A DNA stretch of 63,796 nt, counting the filler, from Octopus bimaculoides (lineage: Eukaryota): NCBI RefSeq assembly GCF_001194135.2. It is 7 parts of 6 records of this genome, joined end to end, with 100 filler letters (N's around TTAATTAATTAA, not from the genome) between each part and the next. Parts side by side here need not be neighbours in the genome. Positions count along the whole stretch, not along the records: positions 60,072 to 63,796 come from NC_069006.1; 6 more parts are not named here. One strand, 5' to 3'. The translations under genes and the position numbers were made by a program. The notes under the pieces are model-generated. The model was not told the DNA's origin. It searched no databases and worked only from the letters and a program-made list of their open reading frames with translations. Below, one piece after another: positions 61,306-63,796 of this stretch. The first letter of the stretch is position 1. Every line of letters starts with the position of its first letter.

Positions 61306-62361
61306 TATGAATTTGATTCTGTAGTCGCACGGCTGGTGCAATTCCAAATATATTCTCGATGTTTACAAAACTGCAACAAGTCATTCTTTTGCCCTAGGTA
61401 ACATTTTTTTTTACCGAAGAAACTTATGCGGTATGAACTTTCTCAAATATTCACCAAACTATTTAATTTTCTTTTTTACGCTTAAAATATGGAAGCTAGA
61501 ATTTTGTGTATAAACCAGTGAATTCTTTATTCATTTCACTCGACGTAAAATCTGGAGTTGTTTTTCTCAAAGATGCTTCAACATCGATGTTATGTTATGT
61601 TCAACAATTGACCTCCAAGTTGTTTTCAGCGTTTTAACTTATTTAACGTTTAACATGCGCTTAAAATCTAACGGTTAACGTCTTTCAAGGTATGTTTAGA
61701 GTTTTAAAATGTGTTGATCGTTAACAAGATATCGGTCATATAAAATTTGTTTACCGTTTAAAATTCGGAGCGTGATTAACGTTGCTAAAACCGTCATATG
61801 CACGGCGAACTGCTAGATCTGAAACAATAACTTGCTTATTTATTCTTAATATATTCCAGCAAATTCGAAAGCAAATATGCTAAATGTTGTTGTGCTCGTC
61901 ACAGGAGACAATCTTCGCCTTTTTTTTTTTTTACGACGGCTTGTTTGTTACGATATGTTTCCGTATCTGCGTTATAACGATTTGGAGACGATGATGATGA
62001 CGATGTTGATGTGATGTTGATGATAATGATGATGGTAGTGATGTTGACTGTAACTATGGTGATGGCCATAGTGATGATGATGATGATGACTGTGACGGTG
62101 AAAGAGGTGGTGGACATGATGGTGACGACGACGATGACGACCACGAGATGCCGATATGACGATAACGATGACGACGACGATGATGACGACGATGATGATG
62201 ATGGTGATGATGATGGTGATGATAATGATGTTGACGGACATGATGATGACAATGGCGCTGATAAGGAATGTGGTGGTGGTTGCGGTGGACGTGACAATGA
62301 GAATAATGATGATAAGAATAAGGATGATGGAAATGATTGATGCTGCTGCCGATGCTGCTGA

Positions 62362-62415
<54 letters not shown>

Positions 62416-63746
62416 CAGCGTCTCCAAAACCTTCATCATTTTACTTATCCCTTTCACTAACACCTTAAGAGAAACCCCAGCAATAATGGAGTTTTTATTC
62501 ATCCTTTCATCCNNNNNNNNNNNNNNNNNNNNNNNNNNNNNNNNNNNNNNNNNNNNNNNNNNNNNNNNNNNNNNNNNNNNNNNNNNNNNNNNNNNNNNNN
62601 NNNNNNNNNNNNNNNNNNNNNNNNNNNNNNNNNNNNNNNNNNNNNNNNNNNNNNNNNNNNNNNNNNNNNNNNNNNNNNNNNNNNNNNNNNNNNNNNNNNN
62701 NNNNNNNNNNNNNNNNNNNNNNNNNNNNNNNNNNNNNNNNNNNNNNNNNNNNNNNNNNNNNNNNNNNNNNNNNNNNNNNNNNNNNNNNNNNNNNNNNNNN
62801 NNNNNNNNNNNNNNNNNNNNNNNNNNNNNNNNNNNNNNNNNNNNNNNNNNNNNNNNNNNNNNNNNNNNNNNNNNNNNNNNNNNNNNNNNNNNNNNNNNNN
62901 NNNNNNNNNNNNNNNNNNNNNNNNNNNNNNNNNNNNNNNNNNNNNNNNNNNNNNNNNNNNNNNNNNNNNNNNNNNNNNNNNNNNNNNNNNNNNNNNNNNN
63001 NNNNNNNNNNNNNNNNNNNNNNNNNNNNNNNNNNNNNNNNNNNNNNNNNNNNNNNNNNNNNNNNNNNNNNNNNNNNNNNNNNNNNNNNNNNNNNNNNNNN
63101 NNNNNNNNNNNNNNNNNNNNNNNNNNNNNNNNNNNNNNNNNNNNNNNNNNNNNNNNNNNNNNNNNNNNNNNNNNNNNNNNNNNNNNNNNNNNNNNNTATT
63201 GGTGCTTCTGTTTGTGGTGGTAGTGGTAGTGTTGGCGGCAGAGGTGGTGGTAGTTGTAGCAGTGATGGTGGCGGTAGCGCTGATGCTAATGGTGTAGTGA
63301 TGATGGTGATGGTGGTGGTTAGAGTGGTGGCGATAATGTTGGTGGAGGTGGTGTCGGTAGCAGCAACGGCGGTGGGGATGACAGTAGTAGAGGAAGAGTG
63401 GGAGTGATGGTGGGGACAGCGGAGATGCTGTGTGTGTATGTGTGGGGGGAGGGGTAGTGAGTGGGAGGTTAATTCGGATAATAAATTCTTCGCCCCCTCC
63501 AACCCACCCTCCGCACCTTTCACCTTCATCCCATCCGTATTCTCAGCTGTTGAAAGAAGAAACGCCAACCGCTACCCACCCAGTCGAGAAGTACTGTAAC
63601 TCCACGCCGACAATCGGGTGGCTGTTTGACATCACAAGTTTGATCTCATTTCGGAAATCCTCCGGATTACTTGGACGGATTAAGATAATAATCATTTGAT
63701 CCTCTAGTCTTGCTTCATCAAAATCCAAGGCACACACACACAAAAA

Positions 63747-63796
<50 letters not shown>

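Noticed and set aside
2987-63568. Dozens of 150-480 aa ORFs in the track
   Set aside because: They run through N gaps (poly-X) or through di- and trinucleotide repeats ([12 protein letters not shown], poly-D/S/T/M) and have no domain content.
1-63796. CRISPR array, rRNA genes or prokaryotic operon structure
   Set aside because: There are no regularly spaced repeats with unique spacers, no rRNA-like sequence and no gene-dense region. The window looks like eukaryotic intergenic or intronic DNA.

Overview
AT-rich, microsatellite-dense, heavily gapped animal genomic DNA. The short-repeat families resemble those I recall from Octopus (inference, not a database match). Six identical 100-bp spacers (44 N + TTAATTAATTAA + 44 N) show that seven separate sequence blocks were joined here. 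No complete host gene is visible, and nearly all long ORFs in the track are artefacts of N runs or microsatellites. Supported content: (1) a near full-length, pseudogenised R4/Dong-clade non-LTR retrotransposon (RT + CCHC + restriction-like endonuclease) at 4746-8866 (-), plus three 5'-truncated sister copies, all with both ends at (CATA)n-type repeats; (2) other R4/Dong-like fragments sitting at (TAA)n; (3) an uninterrupted Penelope-like RT fragment (57582-58691, -) head-to-head with a Myb/SANT-like ORF; (4) a short repeat family that ends at (TA)n and carries a minimal type I hammerhead ribozyme motif; (5) Helitron, Tc1/mariner, pogo-like and hAT-like relics; (6) many tRNA-headed SINEs; (7) one well-bounded 60-bp candidate host exon. 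The most interesting signals are the apparent (CATA)n-specific retrotransposon with a two-part 3' UTR, and the hammerhead-bearing repeat. Repeat boundaries were read by eye and are approximate.
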